From the IMG/VR virus record IMGVR_UViG_3300025018_000091: a stretch of 64,000 nt of DNA. One strand, written 5' to 3'. The position numbers and the translations under genes are program-made. This document shows positions 48,622-59,200 of the stretch, in pieces. The notes under the pieces are model-generated. The model ran no database searches. It was not told where the DNA came from and was given only the letters and a program-made list of their open reading frames with translations. This DNA comes from a virus (lineage: Duplodnaviria > Caudoviricetes). Each line of letters begins with the position of its first letter. Position 1 is the first letter of the stretch.

Positions 48622-49389
48622 TTATCCTCTATTCAAGTGCCTATTTCTATATGTACCATCTATCCAATTTTGTTTTGAAGATAGCGGTCTTAAATTACTT
48701 AAACTCCAACAACTTTTAAACTTTTCATCTTCCATAGTCGTATATTGAAATTCACTATGAGGAATTATATGATCAATTTGCCAAGTCCAGGTTGTCTGAT
48801 CATTATCGTTCCATGTTAATGCATTATATTTGCCCCAATTATTCCAAGTCATCCAGTTCTCAAATTGTACCTCTAAATGTAGCTTCAATTCATCTATAGA
48901 ATAAGGTAATTTAGCGAGAATAGATAAACCATTCTTGCATTTACCATTCTTTTTAATCATAGAATATACCATATTTGAAACTCGTCTTCTTAGTTTAAAA
49001 ATCGGATTAGATCTTTCTCGATTTTTTTGATATCCTAATTTTCTTTTATTTATTATATCTTTATTTTTTCTATAAAACTCTTTCTTTTTTTCAGATATTT
49101 TTTCATTATTATCGAAATAATATTCTTTATACTTTTTGAGGATTTGTTCTTTGTTGATATTATAGTACTCTTTCTTTTTAGACTTTATTATACTATCATT
49201 ATCTATTCTATACTTATTTACTTTAGATCTTATTGCAGCGGCATGCTGTTCATAATATATTTTTTTAGACTCTTTCTGACACATTTTACACATAGAACGA
49301 TAATATATAGTTCCAATTTTAGTTTTTCTAATATTAAACTCAGACAAACATTTATCTAAACCGCATTTTTTACATATTTTAGTATTCAT
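48622..49389 (-). CDS. Free-standing HNH-type homing endonuclease, paralog 3
   Basis: KICKKC...EF...CKMC, WMTWNNWG...WQIDHIIP...CWSLSNLRP...N; inserted between the gp25-like gene and baseplate J. Confidence 0.8.
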   Translation of the reverse strand: MNTKICKKCGLDKCLSEFNIRKTKIGTIYYRSMCKMCQKESKKIYYEQHAAAIRSKVNKYRIDNDSIIKSKKKEYYNINKEQILKKYKEYYFDNNEKISEKKKEFYRKNKDIINKRKLGYQKNRERSNPIFKLRRRVSNMVYSMIKKNGKCKNGLSILAKLPYSIDELKLHLEVQFENWMTWNNWGKYNALTWNDNDQTTWTWQIDHIIPHSEFQYTTMEDEKFKSCWSLSNLRPLSSKQNWIDGTYRNRHLNRG

Positions 49390-49817
49390 ATTGTTGATAC
49401 CCTGAAATTAGTAGTAATAGGTTTAGACCCTTTTGTTAAAGCTTTAATTCTTACATCAAACAATCTTGGATCTATTTGATTTCTAACTATAGATATATCC
49501 AAAATAGCACCAAGTTGTTCATCAGCACTTACTCTTTGAAAAGATTTTACTTGTAAATCTTGTATTGTCTTTAAATTATTTAATGCTTTATTTAATTGAG
49601 CTTTAGACATTTGGACTAATACTGAATTTTGATTTGGATTACCAACAATAGTTCTGGATAGAAATGATCCATACCACGGATGCTGAGGATTTGACCCAGC
49701 AGTGGTTAAACACATTTTTAGGATACCTTGAATTAATTTTTCAGAATCAATTACAGTTTGTAATTTACCCTGATTAATAACTAAATCTCCCTTATTTACC
49801 TTTAGATCAAAAGACAT
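49386..49817 (-). CDS. Baseplate wedge subunit, gp25/Mu gp46-like
   Basis: DL....GDLVI..G.L..V...EKL.Q....L.T..GS...HP.YGS.L; sits upstream of baseplate J. Confidence 0.85.
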   Translation of the reverse strand: MSFDLKVNKGDLVINQGKLQTVIDSEKLIQGILKMCLTTAGSNPQHPWYGSFLSRTIVGNPNQNSVLVQMSKAQLNKALNNLKTIQDLQVKSFQRVSADEQLGAILDISIVRNQIDPRLFDVRIKALTKGSKPITTNFRVSTI

Positions 49818-49839
49818 TCGACGTTCTCCTACCTTTCCT

Positions 49840-49855
49840 AATGCGGAAATATTAG
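49840..49855 (-). promoter_or_regulatory. Candidate late-promoter motif CTAAT-N6-GCAT
   Basis: Coding strand CTAATATTTCCGCATT, 23 nt upstream of ATG 49817, followed by an AGGAG SD. Confidence 0.45.
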
Positions 49856-49880
49856 ATAAATCTACCAGTTAGAAGCGGAG

Positions 49881-51563
49881 TTATATCGAACTATTATTTT
49901 GACGTTTATCTAAATAGAGTTTATCCATCAGGTTAAAAAAGTCTTTTACTGTATTCGTTAAAGTTCCCATACATTGAGATAAATTATCTGTTCTTACAGC
50001 ATCAGGCTTATTTAACAGGGTTTTCATTCTTTCAAAAGCATCTTTATCTAAAAATCCTAACAAATCTTCTATTGGCATGATATACAAAGATGCAATAATT
50101 GCTAAAATATCACATAAACCAAGACCGCTAAATTCTCCCATTATCATTTCAATAATTTGTAGAGCATCACAAGCTTTTTTCATAGTATTATTGCGTGCGA
50201 ATGTTAATGATTTAACAGTATCATCATTAATATCTCCACAAGAAGCGTTCACTTCAGGATTAAATATCATTGCATTACTTGGAAATATGGGTTTTCTCGT
50301 AATTGATTCATATCCTACGCTTGCAGCTGTTTGACCTATAAATTTTTCTATAGAAGCTCTAATAAGATCTGCATCATAACTTGTAATAAATTTTGGATTA
50401 TTAGCTAATTCTTTAGTTATAATAATAGGTCTAACAGAAGACCCTCCTTCTGGACCAGTCGTTGATGGTATTGGTATCCAATAATAGAACTTTTGAGCCT
50501 CTTCTATAGTATTTTGAGCTTGCACTAATTTATTAATCATAGCTCGCATAATATTTAAATATTGAATAAATCTTTGTTGCTCAGTTAATTTATAATCTTT
50601 AGTTATTCTTTCAATAAGACTTTCATCAGCAATAGACGGTACATTTTCTATATAATCTTTTATATTTTGTAATTCACCAGTAATATTAGATGTATCATCA
50701 GTGACACGATTATAAATTATCGTTTCTAACATTGGTATTTCAACTGTAACAGTTTCCGATGCAATTAGATTTTTAGTATCTAAAACAAATGGGACTGCCA
50801 ACATTTTATCTATATTTACACTTTCAGAATATCTTGGATCAACTAAAAATGGATATAAAATATGAGTTCTATCAAAAGCAGTCTTAGGTAATGTTGGCGT
50901 AACCCCATCATCTCCAATATATTCTGTTAAACTTGGTTTATTATTACCAACATGCCCATTTTTATCTATTGTATATGTTTGTTTTAATGAATCTAAATCA
51001 GCAGAAAAAACTTCTGGAGTTGTTACTTTATCTAATGGATCTATAAAATCTCTTTTATTCATACTCGATAAAGCTAGAACTGAAGCATTTATAGATGTAT
51101 TAATATTGAAAATATTAGCAAAGGTTTGATATGTCGATTCTCTAGTATCAAATAACTTAATTAATGATGAAGTATATAATACCGTTGATGCAATTTTGAT
51201 TTTATCTATTTTTTTGATTTTTTTTGTTTCATCAAAAATAGAATCATAACCAGGATTATAGAAATCTGTACCATCATATACTGGAAACCCAATCATTCTA
51301 TAAAATGCGTGACATCTACTCTCTTGATATGTATTTTCTGCTTTTAATGAATTTCGTAATGAATTATCTTTTATAGCCTTTACTATATTTGTAGGGGTTA
51401 TACCATTAATACTCTTTTTACTCCTATAATTATCAATTCCATTTTGTTTAACTTTACTCGGTTTATTAGGGTTAACAAAACTATAGAACGCATCTTTAAC
51501 ATTAAAATCGAATCTTTGACGATTTTTATAGTTATTTTGATTTGTTTTATTTGAATCAACCAT
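49881..51563 (-). CDS. Hypothetical baseplate-region protein
   Basis: 560-aa ORF within the tail operon; TAATG-coupled. Confidence 0.75.
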   Translation of the reverse strand: MVDSNKTNQNNYKNRQRFDFNVKDAFYSFVNPNKPSKVKQNGIDNYRSKKSINGITPTNIVKAIKDNSLRNSLKAENTYQESRCHAFYRMIGFPVYDGTDFYNPGYDSIFDETKKIKKIDKIKIASTVLYTSSLIKLFDTRESTYQTFANIFNINTSINASVLALSSMNKRDFIDPLDKVTTPEVFSADLDSLKQTYTIDKNGHVGNNKPSLTEYIGDDGVTPTLPKTAFDRTHILYPFLVDPRYSESVNIDKMLAVPFVLDTKNLIASETVTVEIPMLETIIYNRVTDDTSNITGELQNIKDYIENVPSIADESLIERITKDYKLTEQQRFIQYLNIMRAMINKLVQAQNTIEEAQKFYYWIPIPSTTGPEGGSSVRPIIITKELANNPKFITSYDADLIRASIEKFIGQTAASVGYESITRKPIFPSNAMIFNPEVNASCGDINDDTVKSLTFARNNTMKKACDALQIIEMIMGEFSGLGLCDILAIIASLYIMPIEDLLGFLDKDAFERMKTLLNKPDAVRTDNLSQCMGTLTNTVKDFFNLMDKLYLDKRQNNSSI

Positions 51564-53779
51564 TAGCTACCATCCCTACCATTACCGCCATCTCTCGATG
51601 CATCCCCCTCATCTCTTCTTGGTTGACCAGTTTCATCACCAACAGAAACAGATCCAAGTCCAGCTGAAGCATAGATAAATTGATAATCTAGCTCTTGTAA
51701 TGTATGCGTTGGTGGTAAGTTAATATCACTCGGAATATCATTGGTACAGAAGATATTATCGTCAAAAGAAATCATTAACTTACCTTTACCAGGTGTTTTG
51801 CTTGTAATGTCAGCAGTAAATACTTGATAGCCATCATAATTAAAACTAGTAATCTTACCAAAAGTAGAATGTGGTTTTATCTTTAAAGCAATATCAGATG
51901 CAACTTCTGGCGTTAATCCAGAAGTTATTGGATATCCATTTCTTTCATTAAGATTTACTGTAACCTTAATTGGCTTTGTTGTAAACTGTTTTTGTGGTTC
52001 CAAAGTAAAATTACTTTGGCAAGGATCAAACCCTAATCCAACCATAGTTCCAAGAGTTTTGTTTGTATCATCTTTTAATTTTTGAAGACATGTTAAACTC
52101 GTTGCTTGGAATTCTGCAACACCAAGAACTGTAAAGTTACTTCTTAATGCAGATACCGCCGTTAATAAACATTCTTGAGCTTTATTTGGATTAGGAAATC
52201 CATTTTCTTCTTTCAATGCATCATTTAATATCGCTAATTTAAGCCCAGCATCACCAGCAATAACATTAGATATAAATTCTCTATCTACTGCTAATTCAGG
52301 CAAACAACCAAGGGTTACTAAATCCTTAGCAATTAATACAGATCTATTTGGTTTAAATGTATATTCAACATTAGAGTATAGATAACCGTCTGTTGGCTGT
52401 GGGTTAGGAGAAATTAATGTAAGCTCTTGAGGCATATGTAAGAAATTACCTAGTGTAGCTTGAATTGTTCCAGGTGTTATTCCATCAGGAAGATATACTT
52501 TCAAAATGGTATTACCATCATCTTCATATCCCTCACCTCTAACTAATTTCATTACACCATTTGTAATTGTAGAACTATCATTTTTATAATCTAATAGATT
52601 TCTAGTTGGAGCCATAACAACAATACAGTCTTTAAATCTAATGTAACGAGCAGCTCCTGCGCTCTCTCCATAACGTCCCCAATTTGCAGGTTCATAAAAT
52701 AATCTTAAGTCTACTGTATAGGCAGCTTGTTTAGGAGATGTTGTATCATTATATGATGAGTCTGTTGGGAAAAACACTGGTTTAGGAGTATTAATAACCT
52801 TACCATCAGAGTTTACTGTTGGAATATCATAACCATCTACTATATTAATAAACGCCTGAGCAATAGATTGATCTGGATCATATATTTGCCAGCTTTCTGT
52901 TCTATAATCAACGGTAAAGAATGGGTTTGGACCAGGTAATGCCAAAGATGTTTGTATACTTAATTGATTATAATATTGTAATTTACCAGTAATTCTAGTA
53001 TAATCATTCTTAACAATGACTGGACATACATCTGGAGTACAACAACCATCTTCATCTGTTGAATCAGTATCATCACAAGGAGGAATTGCAAAAACAAGAC
53101 TTAGCATATCTCTAAAAATATCGATTATAATATTAAATATAGCTAATAGAACAAACAGGTTTTGGAAGATACAAAGTAATGCTCCAAGTTTTTTAGCAAT
53201 CGCCAATATAGAATTCTCATCCACTCTAGTAGCAGCTTTATATAAAGCTTTAAGATTTCTCAAAATCATCTTAATAAGCTTTATAATCTGTTGAATAATA
53301 TACTCAATCAAAGCTAAAAGCAATAACAATAACGATATGATCATAATAATTAAAGCAAATAACGGAAATAGATTTAGGAAATCTGGAAGACAATTTCTAA
53401 ATAATCTTTTTAATGCTCTAGTCAATTTAAAAGGATTCTTAATTGCACATAACACTTCAATAATACATAAAAGTAATTTCAATATTGGTAAGAAAAACTT
53501 ATACATCATTAAATAAGGCATAAATTGATCTAGCAATTTCATTATGGCATCAAAGATATCTTTACCAAAATTTGGATTCAATGATGGTTTAAGAGCACCT
53601 GGTGGAATAAGCATTTGAAGCTTATTTAATAAATCCAACAAATCTTCTGGAAATCCTTCAGGAAAAGGATTAATATTGGGAAGTTTTAAAGAAAAGGGTG
53701 TCCCAAAACCAGGAATGGACGGACCGCTAGGACCATCTGGGATATCAAAAGATACATCGTTTGGAGAACAAGGACTCAT
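51563..53779 (-). CDS. Baseplate-region protein with long hydrophobic helices and a C-terminal Ig-like domain
   Basis: LFPLFALIIMIISLLLLLLALIEYII and LLCIFQNLFVLLAIFNIII; Cys-rich; 3 DGY. Confidence 0.7.
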   Translation of the reverse strand: MSPCSPNDVSFDIPDGPSGPSIPGFGTPFSLKLPNINPFPEGFPEDLLDLLNKLQMLIPPGALKPSLNPNFGKDIFDAIMKLLDQFMPYLMMYKFFLPILKLLLCIIEVLCAIKNPFKLTRALKRLFRNCLPDFLNLFPLFALIIMIISLLLLLLALIEYIIQQIIKLIKMILRNLKALYKAATRVDENSILAIAKKLGALLCIFQNLFVLLAIFNIIIDIFRDMLSLVFAIPPCDDTDSTDEDGCCTPDVCPVIVKNDYTRITGKLQYYNQLSIQTSLALPGPNPFFTVDYRTESWQIYDPDQSIAQAFINIVDGYDIPTVNSDGKVINTPKPVFFPTDSSYNDTTSPKQAAYTVDLRLFYEPANWGRYGESAGAARYIRFKDCIVVMAPTRNLLDYKNDSSTITNGVMKLVRGEGYEDDGNTILKVYLPDGITPGTIQATLGNFLHMPQELTLISPNPQPTDGYLYSNVEYTFKPNRSVLIAKDLVTLGCLPELAVDREFISNVIAGDAGLKLAILNDALKEENGFPNPNKAQECLLTAVSALRSNFTVLGVAEFQATSLTCLQKLKDDTNKTLGTMVGLGFDPCQSNFTLEPQKQFTTKPIKVTVNLNERNGYPITSGLTPEVASDIALKIKPHSTFGKITSFNYDGYQVFTADITSKTPGKGKLMISFDDNIFCTNDIPSDINLPPTHTLQELDYQFIYASAGLGSVSVGDETGQPRRDEGDASRDGGNGRDGS

Positions 53780-53800
53780 ATTAACCTATTATATATCAGA

Positions 53801-54160
53801 TCATTCAGTTTCGCCAGGAAGCTTAGGTTCTAAGGGACCTTTTACCACCTCACCAACTTCTAAAGTATTTTCAATTTCATCAATTGTTTTAGTCATCCAT
53901 GATGCTACAGCTGTATCAACCTTTAAAGCATCAACACTATCTAAACCATAGAAACCTATCAATTTTGTAGCTATTTTCCATAAATCTCTATGGATATCTT
54001 CTTGAAGACTGGAATAAGTTTGTCCCTCTTGTTTATTATTTGACATTGAGCCAATAGCTTCAGTAATAGCATCTGCTAATTTAACCATTCCTTGATCTCT
54101 TGCTTCTTCGGCTTGAAGAAGCAATTTGTTATAAATAATTGGATCTAATTTGCTCATCAT
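53801..54160 (-). CDS. Hypothetical helical protein downstream of the spike
   Basis: 119-aa ORF with AAGGAG SD. Confidence 0.7.
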   Translation of the reverse strand: MMSKLDPIIYNKLLLQAEEARDQGMVKLADAITEAIGSMSNNKQEGQTYSSLQEDIHRDLWKIATKLIGFYGLDSVDALKVDTAVASWMTKTIDEIENTLEVGEVVKGPLEPKLPGETE

Positions 54161-54166
54161 GTCTCC

Positions 54167-56257
54167 TTATATTGATCCGCCAGTTTCCTTTTGAACGAGT
54201 CTATTTTGAAGAAACAAACTCTCTGCTTCAATTGAAATATCAGCATCACTTGATAATCTCATGCCTTGTGATGCATGCATTCTAATAAATGCTGGTGTTA
54301 AAATTTGTACACCAGTTTTATCTATTCTAATCATTGTGGCTTGTAATCCATCATGCAACACTCTAATATCTATTACTGCGCCTCTGTAACTATTTGTAGG
54401 TGAATTTGGACCATTAAATCTACTGTCTGAAGATACTCCAATACCACCAATTTGAACATAAACATCACCATCCATATTCATAGCTAAACTTCTGTTTTTA
54501 AGGTCTCTACCTACATTAGCAACTATACCTCCAGCAGTATCAAGCCATAATGATTGCCTATCTATAGTATTTGCTCCAATATTAAATTCTAAAGAACCAT
54601 CCAGGTTTATTGAACCACTACGACCACCAGCGTTTGCATCATCTCCACTAATTTTAATAGTATCACTAACAATATGATTCAAGTCAGGTCCAGTTTCTAA
54701 ATTATTTTGAAAAGTAATATCGGCAGTATCAATTGTACTTAATGGTAAATCATCATTTTGATATTGAAGAAAACCTACTTCTGAAAGAGAATAACAAGTA
54801 TTTAAAATATCATGATATGCTGTTCCATGTTTTACTGGCTTTTCTGTTATACGATCTGTTGGTGTTGCAATTGCGTCTCCATTCATTATTGTAATAGACC
54901 CTCTATTTTTACTATCTAAAGGAATAGGGTCTTTAGAAGACCTCCATGACATAATTGATTGTTGAGCTGCAAATGAATCTAAAAAGATATCTAAATTATC
55001 TTCCCTATATTCTAATGCGTCTGGATTATCAGTGCCAAATGTAGAATAGTTCTCATATCTTGTCAGTAATGGTATGTTTCCCTTTTCACTTGATGCAGGA
55101 ACATTAATCTTAAACTGACCTTCTTTATCAATATCTATAAAAAAACGACTTCTATTTCTTGCATAATCAGCATTGGAGTTAATATCTAATAAAGCTAATA
55201 TTCCCGTATTTGCATCATTTATATTTCCAGAAAGATCCTTACGTGCATTTAATTCAAAATGATATGCGATGCTTTTTCTTTCAAGCTCTCTAATATTTAA
55301 AAATGACTGAACCTTATCCGTACTTTGCTTAGTATTTATAGTATTTTGTTCTTTACCAATAGGTAATGGAACTCTATTTAAATCTAAGATATTGCCAAAA
55401 ATATCAACAACAGTTCCCTTTACAGTTTCTATTAAATAGTTTGGAGAAGCAAGAGTTAAACTTAATGTATCTGAACGAGAGGTTCTACGATTAATAAAAT
55501 TATGAGATGTTGGAGACGGATCTTTATCACTATATAAAGATGATTCATATAAGTCATCTGCTATATCTGAATAATATTGAAATTCATAAATCATCTCTCG
55601 ATGTTCTACAAAAGGAGGATTTTTTGCAGAACCAGATGAAATATTAGGTGATGTAGACGGATCCATTCCAATCACAAATAATTGAGAATGATAAAGATCA
55701 TCTTCTAATTTTAATGATTGTGAGACTATATCATTTATTTGCATATCACGTCTAACTAAACCATTAATTTGCCTTGTAGCTTGCGTAAAATGATATTCGT
55801 CTTGAAAATTAACACTATATAAGCTATTATCAGTATTTAAATGTATTCTGCTTTTATCTGATCCAATAACAATATTTTCTTTGTTATCTAACGTTATTTT
55901 GGTAACACCATAATTACTTGTGATTAATAATTTACCCCAATCTAAATCAGGAACATATCTATCAACATTTTCTGCTAAAAATGATACGAAATACCATTTA
56001 TTACCACTTCCCTGAGCAATAATTACTGGTGTTTCTGGATCTGGAAATGTACCCATAAACAAACCATTATTATAGAACATACTATGAGGGCATTGTACAG
56101 ATACAGTAGGATTATTACTCATAGCTGGAGAAATATGTAATTCAACCTCCATATCTCCAGTTTTTTCATTATATCCTTTAATAGTTCCTCTTTTTAATAA
56201 GCCCACTGACTCATCAAATAAGTTTGTACTATTATCATCTCTATACATTGTTGGCAT
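54167..56257 (-). CDS. Baseplate central spike (gp5/gpV-like)
   Basis: N-terminal OB-fold-like segment (RGTI..YN...G...V...P...V.IAQG....YFVSFL); C-terminal short beta-helix (IRIDKTGVQI...ISIEAESL); located after the hub. Confidence 0.7.
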   Translation of the reverse strand: MPTMYRDDNSTNLFDESVGLLKRGTIKGYNEKTGDMEVELHISPAMSNNPTVSVQCPHSMFYNNGLFMGTFPDPETPVIIAQGSGNKWYFVSFLAENVDRYVPDLDWGKLLITSNYGVTKITLDNKENIVIGSDKSRIHLNTDNSLYSVNFQDEYHFTQATRQINGLVRRDMQINDIVSQSLKLEDDLYHSQLFVIGMDPSTSPNISSGSAKNPPFVEHREMIYEFQYYSDIADDLYESSLYSDKDPSPTSHNFINRRTSRSDTLSLTLASPNYLIETVKGTVVDIFGNILDLNRVPLPIGKEQNTINTKQSTDKVQSFLNIRELERKSIAYHFELNARKDLSGNINDANTGILALLDINSNADYARNRSRFFIDIDKEGQFKINVPASSEKGNIPLLTRYENYSTFGTDNPDALEYREDNLDIFLDSFAAQQSIMSWRSSKDPIPLDSKNRGSITIMNGDAIATPTDRITEKPVKHGTAYHDILNTCYSLSEVGFLQYQNDDLPLSTIDTADITFQNNLETGPDLNHIVSDTIKISGDDANAGGRSGSINLDGSLEFNIGANTIDRQSLWLDTAGGIVANVGRDLKNRSLAMNMDGDVYVQIGGIGVSSDSRFNGPNSPTNSYRGAVIDIRVLHDGLQATMIRIDKTGVQILTPAFIRMHASQGMRLSSDADISIEAESLFLQNRLVQKETGGSI

Positions 56258-56258
56258 A

Positions 56259-59200
56259 TTAGGATCCAGTCTGCGGTACGTCTTCGTATACTAACCAGCA
56301 ATCTACTATGGTGGTAAAAAGAGCAACTCTTAATTGATCCTTTTTTTGCTTATTAGTGCTTTGATTTGCCGATGGAGGTAGATGTGAAAGATATTCTTGA
56401 TGATCAGGAGAGCTTTGTGTTGCCACAATATCTCGTGCAGCATTTATTGCTGCTTGAGATGGTGAGTGCGGATCATCTTCATTACTCATATCTATGATTT
56501 TATATGTCAAAGCGTTTGGGTTTTTTATCCAAGGAACTGTGGCATTTACATTTTCATTATTTCCATAGGATATTTTAGGTCCCCAATCATTCTCTCCTCT
56601 TAAAGTTTTCATGATTGTATCTATAAACATAGCTAAATTAGCATCAAAAAAGTGATCTTTGTCACAATACATACGAAGTTCAACTCTAGTTATTTTCTTC
56701 TCTGTACTAGAATCATTTTTATTTACAAATTGTTGAACAGAATACAATATATTGTTAATTGTTCGTAAATTTTGCTCATCATATTTAGTAGATGTAGCTT
56801 CGGATGTAGAACCCTCATTATTTATAGCTAATCTACTATTTTGATCAAGCATAACAATTCCCAATGGAGTTTCATTTAATGAGCTGGTTTGCCTATTGAT
56901 TATAATATTTGCCAAGTCTCTATTATTATAAAGCATTTTACCCATCATATCAAGAGTAGTTGGAATATATTCGCCTGGAGCGTGTCCATATGTAAGCTCT
57001 AAAGATGTAGTAAATGAACTTCCAAAAGTAAAATTATGTCTAACAGATTGAACATAATATAATAAGCCTCTATCTTCAATAAATACAACTTCTCCAGGTT
57101 GCATATATTCATTTCCAGATATAGTGACGTTCCCTCGTAAAATTTCTTTACGAGCACGACTCAAAATCATACTTGCAAAAGGAGCGCATTGACGATTAGG
57201 ATCTTGTAAAAATGGCACGTTAATAGGAGATTGATTTCTAAAACCATAATTACGCCATGTATCATAATCAACTGCTTGAGCAGTTGTCATAGCATTACCT
57301 CCACTAGGAAAACTATTTAATCCTTGTGGTAAACCATTAGGAGCATATGGGTTTAATGTTCCTTGAACCTCTACAATTGTATAGGGTGGTGGAGTTTCCG
57401 TAAAAGATGAACTCTGTATCTGACTTCTTTTAATAACATATCTTTTACCCGAACCAGGTCCTAAATCATCATAAGATTCATCTTCAATCATATGTTCAAA
57501 AATCTCTGGTATATTTGAGTTATTAAAATTACCAGCAGTAAATAACCTATTACTGGTACTATTATTACCATCATCTAAAGAGCGGGATTCACCATAATTT
57601 TTGATTAATGAATAAAATAATTTAACTGCCTTTTGTCTTTCTGCAATTCTTTCAGATAAATCATTAAATATCTTAAAGGTATCTATTGTATAAGCTTCAG
57701 ATTGTACCACACCAGATATTACAACAGGTCTAGTATCAATATAATCTGTTAATTTAATTTTCATTCCAGATTTATCAGATATTCTTTCGGCTAAATCTTG
57801 TGCAACAGTGTTCTCTAATACTTTATCAGTTTCATTGATACTGTATCCTGCTGCTGCTAATTTTTTACCAGACAATACTTCTAATAAAGCTTTTGTTCTA
57901 CCAGCAGTATTAAAAACATTTCTCTGTAAAGCTGCTTGAGAAGTAATGTTATTATATACTTCTAATGTACCATCTGCTCCAATTAAATCAGGATTAGCGT
58001 TTTTTACAATTTCATCTATATCTACAATAACTCCATCATCATTAGATATGAATGTAAAAAATCCATTATTACCTTTTTTAGAATCTACAGAATAATTACC
58101 AATAAACATATAAATATCAAAATCTGTATTATAACCCAATACAGCACAATTAAGTCTAATATAGTCTTCGATAATCTCAATTTGTAATTTAAGAGTTTCT
58201 AATTGATTTTTAAATAAATCATTTAGGAAGTCTGGGAACACCTGTATGCCCATAGTGTCCTTCATGTACATCATTCTATAAAATACCGAGCTGGGCACCC
58301 TATTATATTGCGGAGACCTTATTCTAACATGTCCTTGTGTATCACAAAATACTTCTAAATTTAATAAAGATGCAGTAGACCTAATATTTTCTTTAACACT
58401 AACATATGAGTTGCTAAACAATTTAATGTTATTTAACTCTTTATTATAAGCCATTATATCATAATCTTTATCATACTGATCATCAACTATAAATAGATTC
58501 TTATCATCATTAGCTCTAACATTATATGACATTCTTCTAGTTAAGTGATTTAGTTGTCTACGCAACTTTTTTCTATACATATTTTTTGTAGCAACCTGTT
58601 TAGAATCATCAGAAAAATCAGGGTTATCTGGCATATCAAATTCAACATAGTTTCCCTGAATTGAATATTCCTTTTCAGTCTTTTTAATTTGTTCTTTAAC
58701 AAGCGTATTAATTTCTTTTTCTATTTTTTGTGCTTCTGATTTCAATGACTTATATGTACTGGAATCTACTTTAATCATAATTTCAGCAGTTCCTTCTTTA
58801 AGAATATCAGCAACACCATATATCTTCAATCTATCATAGATTTCTTGTAACTTCTTTAGTTTGTCATTTATTTGATTATTTTGATTTTCAATATCAAATT
58901 GACCTTGTAGTTTTTTAGCATATTCTGATTCATTAACAGATAAACTTTTAAATGGAATAAAGTTACCCCATAGTAAGTTATTCTTAGATAATGAGGTTCT
59001 TATAGATTCATAAAATGTAGATGCTGCATTTTTATTGGCATTAGGATCCCCAGTATAATTAGGTGCTCCAATAGCTTTCCAATAAGTAGCGAAATTATAT
59101 GGTACGCCAGTAATTAATAATGAAATAACATTCATTATATCTTGTCCAGCAAATGGATCCTTAGAGATATTAGGCGCCCCAACCTTATTAGGACCGTTTA

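Noticed and set aside
1-53779. DGY as a DNA-level repeat or an ordinary DxDxDG calcium loop
   Set aside because: Synonymous codon variation shows protein-level selection, and most copies lack the upstream acidic residues required for Ca-binding loops.
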